From the human T2T-CHM13v2.0 reference genome, Homo sapiens: a stretch of DNA of 64,000 nt. This document shows positions 48,493 to 64,000 of the stretch, one piece after another. The stretch lies in the NCBI RefSeq assembly GCF_009914755.1, contig NC_060926.1. One strand, given 5' to 3'. The translations under genes and the position numbers were made by a program. Each line of letters opens with the position of its first letter. Within the stretch, counting starts at the first letter, position 1. The notes beneath the pieces are model-generated. The model made no database searches. It saw only the letters and a program-made list of their open reading frames with translations, and had not been told where the DNA came from.

Positions 48493-50356
48493 ATTAGGGT
48501 TACGGTTAGTAGCCTGCAGAAACAATCTTGAATAGAAGCGGTAACAGCCCCTCAGTCCTTGGCATGATCTGAGGAGTGAGCATTCAGTCTTTCACTATTA
48601 AAGATGATGTTAGCTGTGGGTTCCTCCAAGATGCCCTTCATTAGTTTAAGATACTTCCCTTTTTTTCCCCTAGTTTGTTGAGAATTTTTTTTTTATCAGA
48701 AATGGATTTTGGATTTTTGTCAAACACTTTTTCCATACCTATTGAGGTAATTATATGCTTATACATTTTTAGTTTATTTATATGGTATGTTACTTTAAAT
48801 GATTTATAAAAATTATTTATTTTATCATTAATTGTGGTGAAATACACATAGCATAAGATATATCATCTTCACCACTTTAGGTGCACAGTTCAGTATTGAG
48901 TACATTCACGTTGCTGTGCAACCAACACCACCATTCATCTCCAGAACTCTCTTCATCTTCCCAAACTGAAACTTTGGACCCCTTAAAAAATAATTCTCTG
49001 CTCCCCCCACCTCTCAGCCCTTGTCAACAAGCATTCAACTCTTTTATTCTATGAATTTGACTATTTTAGATACCTCATATAAGTAGAATCATAAAGCATT
49101 TGTCGTTTTGTGACTAGCTTAGTTCACTCTGCACAATGTCCTTAAAGTTCATTCATGTTAGCATATGTCAGAATTTTCTTCCTTTCTAAGGCTAATAATA
49201 TTGCATTCCGTATATATACACCACATTTTTGCTTGGGTTGTTTCCACTTACAGGCTGGGCTCTTGTGAGTTATGTTGCTATGAACATAGTGGTACCATGT
49301 CAAACCAGCCTTGCATTCCTAGGATAAACCCCATTTGGTTATGGTGTATAATTTTTTTTATGTAGTAACTATTTTAAAATATTACAGAATTTGACTTAAT
49401 AATATTTTGTTTAAAATTTTTGAATCTAAGGCCATGAAGGTCTGTAATTTTTTTATCTCATAATATCTTTGTCTGGTTTTGGTACTGTGATAATGCTGGT
49501 CCCATAAAATGTATTAGGAAATCCCCTAGGCTTCAGTTTTTGGGACTAGTTTGTGAATAATTGGTATTATTTGTTCCTTCAATGTTTGCTGGATTCATTA
49601 GTGATGTCATCTGAGCTTCACTTTGTTTCGTGTGGGAAGGTTTGAATTACAAATACAAATTCAATTCGACAGATACAGGTTAGTTCTATTGGGGTTATGT
49701 ATTTATTCTTGTGAATAGTCTAGCAGTTTGTCTCTTTAACAAAATGTGCCCATTTCATCTAAGTTGTAGATTTTTTGGGCATAAATTTGTTCATGATATT
49801 CTCTTAGCATTTTAATATCTGTAGAATCTATGGTGATACCACCTCTCTCATTCCTGATATTGATAATTTATTTCTTCTCTCTTTTTTTTTTCAGATCAAG
49901 GTGGCTAGAGCTTTACCAAATTAATTGATCTCAACAAACCAGCTTTGGTTTCATTAATTTTCTCAACAAACCAGCTTTGGTTTAATTAATTTTGCCATTT
50001 TTTAAACGCATTTTCCATTTCATTGATTTCTATTCTGAAGTAAGCCTCCAGGGAAGGTAGATCACTGACCGTCATGTTTATTTTTCAAGGACAGTCATCT
50101 GCAAGTGCCCCAGTCACCAAAAGAAAAGATGACTAAGCAAATGTCTAGTACCAGTTAGGGTGTCCTGAAAGGAGCCATCTTGTACTCCTACAAGGATTAT
50201 ACCCCGAGGTTGTTTGTGGAATCTCTCACTAAATGTTCTTTAAGGTGTTGCCTGACACACACTGCTTAGCTCGTCCATGAAGGTATCAAGAAAACCTGCA
50301 GAATATAATTCTGTCCAGTGCAACAAATATTACGGTTGATTTTCTTTGTGCAAGGC

Positions 50357-53300
50357 TGTATTTGTCTGTTTGGATTGCTGTAAAGGATACCTGAGGCTGG
50401 GTAATTTATAAAGAAAAAAGGTTTAATTGGCTCACAGTTTTGCAGCCTTTATACGAAACACAGTGCTAGCATCTGCTTCTGGTGAGGCCTCAGGAAGCTT
50501 ACAATCATGACAGAAGGTGATGGGGAGCTGGTGTGTCACATGGCAAGAGCAGGAGCAAGAGAGAGACAGGAGAGATGGCACATACTTTCTTTTTAATTTT
50601 AATTTTTATTTCTGGGGTACATGTGGAAGATGTTCAGGTTTGTTACATAGGTAAACATATGCCCGGGTGCCACATGCATTTTTTTTTTCCTGCTCTTACA
50701 CTTTTCTTTCTTTTTAAATGCTTTAAGTTCTGGGATATATGTGCAGAACATTGTTACACAGGTATACACGTGCCATGGTGGTTTGCTACACCCATCAACC
50801 TGACATCTACATTAGGTGTTTCTCCTAAGCTATCCCTCCCCTAGACCCCCCCACCCCCCGACAGGCCCTGGTGTGCGATGTTCCCCTCCCTGTGTCCATG
50901 CGTTCTCATTGTTCAACTCCAACTTATGTGTGAGAGCATGCGGTGTTTGGTTTTGTGTTCCTGTGTTAGTTTGCTGAGAATTATGGTTTCCAGCTTCATC
51001 CATGTTTCTGCAAAGGACATGAACTCATCCTTTTTTATGGCTGCATAGTATTCCATGTTGTATATGTGCCACATTTTCTTTATCCAGTCTATCATTGATG
51101 GGCATTTGAGTTGGTTCCACATCCTTGCTGTTGCGAATAGTGTTGCAATAAACACACGTGTGCATGCGTCTTTATAGTAGAATAATTTATAAGCCCTTTG
51201 GTATATACCCAGTAATGGGATTGCTGTGTCAAATGATATTTCTGGTTCTAGATCCTTGAGGAATCGCCACACTGTGTTCCACAATGGTTGAACTAATTTA
51301 CACTCCTACCAACAGTGTAAAAGTGTTCCTATTTCTCCACATCCTCTCCAGCATCTGTTCTTTCCTGAGTTTTAATGATCGCCATTCTAACTGGCATGAG
51401 ATGGTATCTCATTGTGGATTTGATTTGCATTTCTCTAATGACCAGTGATGATGAGCTGTTTTTGATATGTTTGCTGGTCATATAAATGTCTTCTTTTGTG
51501 AAGTGTCTGTTCATATCCTTTGCGCACTTTTTGATGGGGTTGTTTTTTTCTTGTAAATTGGTTTAAGTTCCTTTTAGATTCTGGATATTAGCCCTTTGTC
51601 AGATGGATAGGTTGCAAAACTTTTCTCCAATTCTTTAAGTTGCCTGTTCCATCTGATGATAGTTTCTTTTGCTGTGCAGAAGCTCTTTGGTTTAATTAGA
51701 TCCCATTTTTCAATTTTGGCTTTTGGTTGCCATTGCTTTTGGTGTTTTAGTTATGAAGTCTTTGCCCATGCCTATGTCCTGAATGGTTATTGCCTAGGTT
51801 TTCTTCTAGGGTTTTCATGGTTTTAGGTCTTATGTTTAAGGCTTTAATCCATCTTGAGTTAATTTTTGTATAAGGTGTAAGGAAGGGGTCCAGATTCAGT
51901 TTTCTACAAATGGCTAGCCAGTTTTCCCAACACCATTTATTAAATAGGGAATCGTTTCCCCATTTCTTGTTTTTGTCAGGTTTGTCAAAGGTCAGATGGT
52001 TGTAGATGTGTGGCATAATTTCTGAGGCCTCTGTTCTGTTCCATTGGTCTATATATCTGTTTGGGTACAAGTACCATGCTGTTTTGGTTACTGTAGTCTT
52101 GTAGTATAGTTTGAAGTCAAGTAGCGTGATGCCTCCAGCTTTGTTCTTTTTGCTTAGGATTGTCTTGGCTATACTGGCTCTTTTTTAGTTCCATATGAAC
52201 TTTAAAGTAGTTTTTTTCCAATTCTGTGAAGAAATTCAATGGTAGCTTGATGGGGATAGCATTGAATGTATAAATTACCTTGGACAGTATGACCATTTTC
52301 ACGATATTGATTCTTCCTATCCATGAGCGTGGAATGTTTTTCCATTTGTTTGTGTCCTCCCTTATTTACTTGAGCAGTGGTTTGTAGTTTTCCTTGAAGA
52401 GGTCCTTCCCATCCCTTGTAAGTTGTATTCCTAGGTATTTTATTCTCTTTGTAGCAATTGTGAATGGGAGTTTACTCATGATTTGGCTCTGTTTTTCTGT
52501 TATTGGTGTATAGGAATGCCTGTGATTTTTGCACATTGATTTTTGTATCTTGAGACTTTTCTGAAGTTGCTTATCAGCTTAAGGAGATTTTGGGCTGAGA
52601 TGATGGGGTTTTCTAAATATACAATCATGTCATCTGCAAACAGAGACAATTTGACTTCCTCTCTTCCTATTTGAATCCCTATATTGCTTTCTCTTGCCTG
52701 ATTACCTTGGCCAGAACTTCCAATACTATGTTGAATAGGAGTGGTGAGAGAGGGCATCCTTATCTTGTGCCAGTTTTCAAAGGGAATGCTTCCAGCTTTT
52801 GCCCATTCAGTATGATATTGGCTGTGTGTTTGTCATAAAATACTCCTATTATTTTGAGATATGTTCAATCAATACCTGGTTTATTGAGAGGTTTTAGCAT
52901 GAAGGGCTGTTGAATTTTGTTGAAGGTCTTTTCTGCATCTATGAGGATAATCATGTGTTTTTTGTCATTGGTTCTGTTTATGTAATGGATTACGTTTATT
53001 GATTTGCATATGTTGGACTAGCCTTGCATTCCAGAGATGAAGCCAACTTCATCATGGTGGATAAGCTTGTTGATGTGTTGCTGGATTTGGTTTGGCAGTA
53101 TTTTATTGAGGATTTTCACCATTGATGTTCATCAGGGATAGTGGTCTGAACTTTTTTGTTGTTGTTGTTGTGTCTCTGCCAGGTTTTGGTATCAAGATGA
53201 TGCTGGCCTCATAAAATGAGTTATGGAGGAGTCTCTGTTTTTCTATTGTTGGGAATAGTTTCAGAAGGAATGGAACCAGCTCCTTTTTGTACCTCTGGTA

Positions 53301-55438
53301 GAATTAGGCTGTGAATCCATCTGGTCCTGGGCTTTTTTTGGTTGGTAGGCTATTAATTACTGCCTCAATTTCAGAACCTGTTATTGGTTTAGTCAGGGAT
53401 TCGACTTCTTCCTGGTTTAGCCTTGGGAGGGTGTATGAGTCCGGGAATTTATCCATTTCTCCAAGATTTTTTAGTTTATTTGCATAGAGGTGTTTATAGT
53501 ATTCTCTGATGGTAGTTTGTATTTCTCTCGGATCAGTGGTGATCTCCCTTTTATCATTTTTTATTGTGTCTATTTGATTCTTCTCTCTTTTCTTCTGTAT
53601 TAGTCTGGCTAGTGGTCTATCTATTTTGTTAATCTTTTCAAAAAACCAGCTCCTGGATTCATTGATTTTTTGAAAATATTTTGTGTCTCTATCTTCTTCA
53701 GTTCTGCTCTGATCTTAGTTTTTTCTTGTCTTCTGCTAGCTTTTGAATTTGTTTGCTCTTGCTTCTCTAGTTCTTTTAATTGTGATGTTAGGGTTTTGAT
53801 TTTAGATCTTTCCTGCTTTCTCCTGTGGGCATTTAGTGCTATAAATTTCCCTCTAAACACTGCTTTAGCCATGTCCCAGAGATTCTGGTACGTTGTGTCT
53901 TTGTTCTCATTGGTTTCAAAGAGCTTATTTATTTCTGCCTTAATTTCATTATTTACCCAGTAGTTATTCAGGAGCAAGTTGCTCAGTTTCCATGCAGTTG
54001 TGTGGTTATGAGTGAGTTTCTTAATCCTGAGTTCTAATTTGATTGCTCTGTGGTCTGAGAGACTGTTTTACTTCCAATTATGTGGTCAATTTTAGAATAA
54101 GTGCAGTGTGGTGATGAGAAGAATGTATATTCTGTTGATTTGGGGTGGAGAATTCTGTAGATGTCTAGTAGGTCTGCTTGATCCAGAGCTGAGTTCAGGT
54201 CCTCAATATCCTTGCTACTTTTCTGTCTCATTGATCTATCTAATATTGACAGTGGGGTGTTAAAGTCTTCCACTGTTATTGTATGGGAGTCTAAGTCTCT
54301 TTGTAGGTCTGTAAGAACTTGCTTTATGAATCTGGGTGCTCCTGTATTGGGTGCATATGTACTTAGGATGGGTAGCACTTCTTGTTGCATTGATCTCTTT
54401 ACCATTATGTAATGCCCTTCTTTGTCTTTTTTGATCTTTGTTCATTTAAAGTCTATTTTATCAGAGACTAGGATTGCAACCCCTGCTTTTTTTTTCTTTC
54501 CATTTGCTTGGTAAATATTCCTCCCTCCCTTTATTTTGAGCCTATGTGTGTCTTGCACGTGAGATGGGTCTCCTGAGTGCAGCACACCGATGGGTCTTGA
54601 CTGTTTATCCAATTTGCCAGTCTGTGTCTTTTAATTGGGGCATTTAGCCCATTTACATTTAGGGTTAATATTGTTATGTGTGAATTTGATCCTGTCATTA
54701 TGATGCTAGCTGGTTATATTGCCCACTAGTTGATGCAGTTTCTTTATAGTGTCAATTGTCCTTACAACTGGGTATGTTTTTGCAGTGGCTGGTACTCATT
54801 TTTCCTTTCCATATTTAGTGCTTCCTTCAGGAGCTCTTGTTTAAGGCAGGCCTGGTGGTGACAAAATCTCTCAGCATTTGCTGGTCTGTAAAGGATTTTA
54901 TTTCTCCTTCACTTATGAAGCTTAGTTTGGCTGGATATGAAATTCTGGGTTGAAAATTCTTTTCTTTAAGAATGTTGAATATTGGCCCCCACTGTCTTCT
55001 GGCTTGTGGGGTTTCTGCAGAGATATCTGCTTTTAGTCTGATGGGTTACCTTTGTGGGTAACCAGACCTTTCTCTCTGGTTGCCCTTAACATTTTTTCCT
55101 TCATTTTAACCTTAATGAATCTGATGATTCTGTGTCTTGGGGTTGCTTTTCTCGAGGAGTGTCTTTGTGGTGTTCTCTGTTTTTCCTGAATTTGAATGTT
55201 GGCCTGTCTTGCTAGCCTGGAGAAGTTCTCCTGGATAATATCCTAAAGAGTGTTTTTGGTACATACGTTTAAACAACCAGATCTCCTGAGAAATCACTCA
55301 CTATTGGGAGGACAGTGCCAAGCCATTCATGAGGGAACCATGCCCATGATTCAAACATCTCCCACCATGCTTCACCTTCAACTCTGGGGATTATATTTGA
55401 CCATGATATATGGAGGGGACAAACATACAAATTATATC
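50357..55438 (-). mobile_element. MST LTR split by a ~4.6-kb 5'-truncated L1PA7/8-like element (~50590-55252)
   Basis: LTR halves at 50357-50590 and 55258-55438. The L1 runs from the 3'UTR to mid-ORF1 with many stops and frameshifts. Confidence 0.9.
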
Positions 55439-55959
55439 AAAGGCATAGCATGGCTACTGTGAAAGGAGGGTAAAAACACAAAGATGACATCACCACTGAC
55501 CTCAGGGAGTGCCCAGTAGACTGAGGGAGACAAGTACATATTTTCCTGAAGGAGGGCACTGGATTGATGGCATGTTTAGAATGTGGAAGTAGAGCGGCCA
55601 CAGAAAGGCAGCCCGGCAGAGTGCTCGCACAAAGACTGGGCTAGAGACTCCCCACTGCATGTGATGTATCTGAGGAAAGTCATTAAAATAGGTGATGGTC
55701 ACTTTCCATCAAGTCCCTGGTATGGTCCATGGAGGCAGGGTTGTCAATGTCATTTCGGCATTTCAGAGGCCTCTCAGGGTTTGGATATGGCAGAAGACAA
55801 CCAGCAATGATTATGCATTGCAGAGATGCAGGTGAGCCCCAATTTCTTGCCAGCTGGGAAGTCGGTGCTAAGGGGCCTTGCTGTCTTTCCTTGGAACATA
55901 GGATACCAATTTCTTTCTGGACAGAGAGTATTTGGTTGGCTAAAGTTAAAATCTAAATT

Positions 55960-57770
<1,811 letters not shown>

Positions 57771-60376
57771 ATGCAATATCTAATGTAAATTCTCATACCT
57801 ATTTTGTTAAAATAAACTTTTATGCTGTGCTGGACATATTCTTCTTTACCTTGCATTTTTTATTTGCCAATAAATTGTAGATTCCTTTATACACCAATAC
57901 AGACAGATTTGACAAGTTCTTTTCATAATTGCATAAAAGTCTTTACTTTGGATGCTATGTAGTTTTTTAAACCAATTAATATTGATATATGTTTAGGCAT
58001 TTTCCATTTTTGCTTTTATGAATAAGGCTGTGTAAACATTCTTTAATAATTTCCTTGTGTGAATATATTTCTATATTCTTGCTTTTATCTTAGTAGACTA
58101 GAGTCCTACATGTAGGGTTAGAGGGTTTTCCTGAATTGAGAAGATTGGCATCTTTTTGCTATTATATCTTCCTGTTCAGGAATATGTGTGTCTCACTATT
58201 TATTCAGGTCTTGTTTTATATACATAAATAAAAATTTTCACTATATAAGCATTTATGTTTGTTATTAACATTTATTCCTTGGCATTTTATGATTTTTGAA
58301 ACTATTTTTTTACAGGGTAATTTTTCCATTTCTACAATTAACTGACTATTGGTAATTAAAGTTTTGGTTTTTGCGTATGTATCTTGTATCCAGCCACATT
58401 ACTAACTTTTCTTATTATTTTGTAGTATGCATTAGATGTACAATATGCAATACCATCTGCAAGTAATTCCCTTCTCTGATATTTATACTGCTTCTTTTGC
58501 TTTGCTGGAGCATATACTTCCAAAACATTATTGAGTAATATTGTTAGAGTAGCCAGTTTAAATAGGGATTTGGTAGCTTGTGACTGAAAAATCCTTGAAA
58601 AATACCAGAATAAGATTCTTGGCAAACGCATAGTTGCTAAATCCAGATGAAACACCTGGTGTCTCATCTCATTATATTATTTTATTAGGGATGGAGTATA
58701 CATTTTTGTCTATTGTTCTGGCTTCTTATAAGGTTCAGTAGACTTTGTAACAGTCATATCTGTCATTGGCAGATGGTTGGTGAAAGAGTGACCGTTCAGC
58801 CATCTCACAGGAAAGTGAAATAATGCTCTTTCTAAAAAGCAGGAAGACTACAGTTGTAGGCCTTTCAAAATTAGGCATGACTTTCAGCTCACGGCAAGAT
58901 CAGGTGAAGAGATGCAAGTTGCAGGACTCTAAGAGGTTGGACGTATCAAAGCACTTTTCTCCTCATTATCCTCCATTAATTACAGTACCAAGCACCACCC
59001 ATGTGTTGCCTGCACCCTACACCCTTTGGCCGAGTGTGAGGCTCTGCCACTTCCTGAACCCACACTGAGTTTATTGTGGCCCAAGGGGTCACCCAGAGGC
59101 CTTTAGAGATATAAAAACGTATATATGATTTTATATCACCTACGATAGGGAGATATCCATAAAAAAAGGAAACATTAAACTCTACATGGTTTCAGTTATT
59201 TTGATTATAAATCTTTTATGAGATATGAAATAAATGTGTTTCTATATCTATTAAAGAATATATATGTATGAAAGTTTTTATACTTGCAGAAGGTTATGTG
59301 TATTAATGTATATATTTATGATTATATGCATAAAGCCAGCAGAATTCTCACAGAGGAATTCAGATCTGAAAGAGGGCTTTCTGTCAGAGAGCCTTGGATA
59401 TGGCCCAACCACAAAAGTAAAAGTCAACTGTCATCGAAAGAAGGATGGACACTGCGTATTGCTCCTTCCTTGTTTCAGATGCCAGGATATGTCTGGGAAA
59501 AGCATGCAGTTGGTTACATCTTGCTGGGAAACAAGATTCAGAGTGTGAGTCTCATCTGCCTGATGAGAAGGAAGCATTACTTAGTGATAGAGTATGTGTT
59601 TGCACATGTATGTGTTTGTGTATGTGCAGGTGTGTTTGTGTGCAGTGTCCCAGACCCTGCACAGGGGATTTCTTGAAGATCTCCTGTAACAAAATCTCCT
59701 TGAGTCTATCCAGGAGAATTACATCCAGGGATGTAATTAAATACTTTAACAAAGATGGCAGATGGCCCCATCTCCAACGTCAGGGATCAAATTTCAACGT
59801 GAGATTTGGAGGGGATAAACTTTTAAACTTTATCTTTTGGTATGGTCATTGTTTTACATTTCAGTATTCCAATGTGTGTGTGTTGATTAAAGATGTGTAA
59901 ATAATTCAGCAGAACAGCGAAATAGTTTTAATGAGAAAAAGAGGAAGTCACTCCTAGTCTCTTTGAATTTTTGGTGAGTTCCAACAGAATTGATGACTGG
60001 TTTTAGGTGAAAAGAATTCGGGCTTCGTCTATACCATCCATGGTAGGTTCAGCTCTGCAGACCTGGGGATGGAATATGGTTACAGAGCAAGAAAAGATCT
60101 GTGCTTCCCCCATTCCTCTAAGTTTCTGGCTCCAGTTTAAGATCCAAATTCAAAGTTAGCTTTTGGTGGACAAGACTAAGGCCTCCCACTAAAATTGTTT
60201 ACTTCAAGTATTTATTTTCAAAGTTTTCCAACCTATACAAAGGAGAGACTTAGTGTCATGACCACCCATATATCAATCTTAGGTTAAATAATTTTCACTA
60301 TTTTGCTGAACTGATTCATCTATCCCTTTTTTCTGTCTTTTTAAAGAAAACTTTTAAAGAGAAATTTGTGTCAATC

Positions 60377-62138
60377 TTTTTTTAAATTATACTTTAAGTT
60401 CTAGGGTACATGTGCACAACGTAAAGGTTTGTTACATAGGTACACATGTGTCATGTTGGTTTGCTGCACCCATCAACTGATCATTTACATTAGGTATTTC
60501 TCCTAATGCTATCCCTTCCTCAGCCCCCCACCCCATGACAGGCCCCAGTGTGCGATGTTCCCCTCCCTGTATCCATGAGTTCTCATTGTTCAACTCCTAC
60601 TTACGAGTGAGAATATGCACTGTTTGATTTTCTGTCCTTGTGATAGTTTGCTGAGAACGATAGTTTCCAACTTCATCTATGTCCCTGCAAAGGACATGAA
60701 CTCATCCTTTTTTATGGCTGCATAGTATTCCATGGTGTATATGTGCCACATTTTCTTAATCCAGTCTATCATTGATGAACATTTCGGTTGGTTCCAAGTC
60801 TTTGCTGTTGTGAATAGTGCTGCAATAAACATACGTGTGCATGTGTCTTTATAGTACCATGATTTATAATTCTTTGGGTATATACCCAGTAATGGGATCA
60901 CTGGGTCAAATGGTATTTCTAGTTCTAGATCCTTGAGGAATTGCCACACTGTCTTCCACAATGGTTGAACTAATTTACACTCCCACCAACAGGGTAAAAG
61001 CGTTCCTATTTCTCCACATCCTCTCCAGCATCTGTTCTTTCCTGAGTTTTTAATGATCGCCATTCTAATTGGCATGAGATGATATCTCATTGTGGTTTTG
61101 ATTTGCATTTCTGTGATGACCAGTGATGATGAGCATTTTTTCATATGTCTGTTGGCTGCATAAATGTCTTCTTTTGAGAAGTGCCTGTTCATATCCTTTG
61201 CCCACTTTTGATGGGGTTGTTTTATTCTTGTAAATTTTTTTGAGTTCTTTGTAGATTCTGGATATGAGCCCTTTGTCAGGTGGATAGATTGCAAAAATGT
61301 TCTCCCATTTCATAGGTTGCCTTTTCACTCTGATGATAGTTTCTTTTGCTGTGCAGAAGCTCTTTGGTTTAATTAGATCCCATTTGTCAATTTTGGCTTT
61401 TGTTGCCATTGCTTTTGGTGTTTTAGTCATGAAGTCTTTGCCCATGCCTATGTCCTGAATGGTATTGCCTAGGTTTTCTTCTAGGGTTTTTATGGTTTTA
61501 GGTCTTACATTTAAATCTTTAATCCATCTTGAGTTAATTTTTCTATAAGGTGTAAGAAGGGATCCAGTTTCAGCTTTCTACATATGGCTAGCCAGTTTTC
61601 CCAGCACCATTTATTAAATAGGGAATATTTTCCCCATTTCTTGTTTTTGTCAGGTTTGTCAAAGATCAGAAGGTTGTAGATATGTGGTGTTATTCCTGAG
61701 ACCTCTGTTCTGTTCCATTGGTCTATATATCTGTCTGGGTACCAATACGATGCTGTTTTGGTTACTGTAGCCTTGTGATTTAGTTTGAAGTCAGGTAGCA
61801 TGATGCCTCCAGCTTTGTTCTTTTTGCTTAGGATTGTCTTGGCTATATGGGCTCTTTTTTAGTTCCATATGAAATTTAAAGTAGTTTTTTCCAATTCTGT
61901 GAAGAAAGTCAATGGTGGCTTGATGGGGATAGCATTGAATCTATAAATTACCTTGGGCAGTATGGCCATTTTTGTGATATTGATTCTTCCTATCCATGAG
62001 CATGGAATGTTCTTCCATTTCTTTGTGTCCTCTTTTATTTTGTTGAACAGTGGTTTGTAGTTCTCCTTGAAGAGGTCTTCGCATCCTTTGTAAGTTGGAT
62101 TCCTAGGTGTTTTATTCTCTTTGTAGTAATTGTGAATG
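60377..62138 (-). mobile_element. 5'-truncated L1PA7/8-like element (~1.75 kb)
   Basis: ORF2 C-terminal peptides and 3'UTR. Absent from the paralogous position at ~28050. Confidence 0.92.
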
Positions 62139-62574
62139 CCATCTAGTCATTTTAAAAAGAAATTCTTGGCATGTCATTCCATCACCGAATACTTAATTAA
62201 ATATAAAAAATAAGAAACATTTGTTACATAGCCACAATATCATTATCATATCTATGACAGTAAAAATTTTTTAATATTATCTCATTTCCAGTTCATAATT
62301 AAATTTCCCCCATTTTCTTGAACAACATCTTTCCATGTAGATCAATGGAATAGAATGGAGAATTCAGAAATAAACCCATACGTTCTTGGCCAATTGACAA
62401 GATGTCAAATTTTGATAAGGGTGTCAAGATCATTCAAATGGGAAAGAATAGTCTCTTCAACAGAAGACCCACCCTGGGGTCCTTAATCTCCAGCATCAGA
62501 CTCCAAGACCATTTGCAGAGATCATCCAGACAGCTCCCATCATGCCTCTGATGAATCCTTCACCATGTGCATCC

Positions 62575-63587
62575 ACAGGGGTCCTGCAAATATTTTCTCA
62601 CAGTCCGTTGAGTGACTTTTCTTACAAATACTTTATTTTAGAATAAATAGAGGTTTATAGCAAGGTTGCAACAAATAGTTCAGAGAATTCTTATCTACCC
62701 TGTACCCGGTTTCCCCCATTGTTAAATGTTATGTTTCTATGGCACATCCATCACAACTCATTCACCAATATGACACATTATGATGAGCTAAAGTCTGTTT
62801 CCTTCAGATTTCATTGATTTTTACTTAATATCCCTGTTCTTTTATGGGATCCCATTGATACCACCTGAAATGTAGTCATCATGTCTCCTTAGTCTCCTCC
62901 AGCCTGTGACAGTTTCTCAGACTTTCCTTGTTTTTGGTGACTTGGGCAGTTTTGAGCAGTCCTGGTCAGGTGTCCTGTAGAATGTTCCTCTAGAATGTCA
63001 GTGTGTGTTTGCCTGACATTTTTATCATGGTTAAACTGGGGTTATAGGTTTTTAGTAGGAAGATGCGGAGGTCTTTTCTTGTTTTCTTGCATGTGAATAT
63101 TCAACTGTAGAAAAGAGTGGCCTTTCCTCCAATGCACTTCTTGTACCTTTGTAAAAACTTGGCTGTTCATACATCTGTGCATGTATTTCTAGACTTTGTA
63201 TTCTGCTCCATTGAAATATTTGTGAAATATTTGATTACTATAGCTGTGTAATAATCTTGAAATGAGGTAGTGTTACCTATTTTTTTCAAATTGTTTTTGC
63301 TATTGTAGGTCTGCTACATTACCACATGGATTTTAGAATAAGTTTGTTAGTTTGATTTTGATTGGGATTGTATTGAATTTATAGATCAACTGGGGAGAAA
63401 CAACATCTTAGCAATTTTGAATTTTCCAATTCATTAACATATCTATGTTAAGTGCCTCATCAGTGTTCTGTAGTTTTCAGTGTACAGTCTTTCATAATTT
63501 TTGTCAGATATATTCCTAAGTATTTCATGTTTTTGATGCTATTTAAGTGATATTTTTATTCCAATTTTTAATTGTTCATTGCTAGTA
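62575..63587 (-). mobile_element. Old L1M and nested repeat fragments, paralogous to 9626-10680
   Basis: Reverse-complement similarity to 9626-10680. Confidence 0.7.
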
Positions 63588-63812
63588 TAGTTGACCCCTG
63601 AACAATGTGGGAATGAAGGGGACCAACCCGTGTGAAGTAGAAAATCCACACAGATCTTTTGATTCTCGAAAAACATAACTACTAACAACCATTTACCAAA
63701 AGCCTTACCAATAGTATAAACAGTCAATTAACACATATTTTGGATGTTATTAGTATTATATCCTGTATTATTACAATAAAGCAAACTAGAGAAAGGAAAA
63801 TGTTATTTAAAA
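63588..63812 (-). mobile_element. Tigger2 terminal fragment
   Basis: TIR tagttgacccctgaacaa; reverse-complement paralog of 9400-9625. Confidence 0.8.
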
Positions 63813-63819
63813 ACATAAC

Positions 63820-64000
63820 ATATGAAAAAATGCCCAACATCACTAATCATCAGAGAAATGAAAGTCAAAACCACAATGAGATATCATCTCACACCAGTTA
63901 GAATGGCTGTTATTAAAAAGTCAAGAAACAATAGATGCTTGTGAAGCTGCTGAGAAAAAGGACCACTTGTACACTGTTGGTGGTGGGAACGCAAATTAGA
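63820..64000 (+). mobile_element. L1 ORF2 3' fragment running off the window
   Basis: cactaatcatcagagaaatg...accacaatgagatatcatctcacaccagttagaatggc. Confidence 0.85.

Overview
Primate, almost certainly human, genomic DNA from the boundary between USP40 and the 5' end of the UGT1A cluster (2q37.1 in human). From left to right it holds the USP40 first coding exon and CpG-island promoter (minus strand), a ~1.6-kb palindromic AT-rich 26-bp VNTR, and three paralogous UGT1A exon-1 cassettes (plus strand): UGT1A12P, UGT1A11P and intact UGT1A8 exon 1 with Gly173 (*2-type allele). Most of the rest is interspersed repeat (L1, Alu, THE1/MST, LTR8, Tigger2, HSMAR2, Ricksha). I see no convincing new gene system, and this is a well-studied locus. 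The most notable structures are (i) two inverted L1 copies flanking the USP40 promoter that share private disabling indels, (ii) a VNTR bracketed by a fold-back inverted repeat beside the promoter, (iii) an old inversion inside the UGT1A12P cassette, and (iv) different promoter lesions in each cassette. All alignments were done by eye, and repeat subfamily names and boundaries are approximate.
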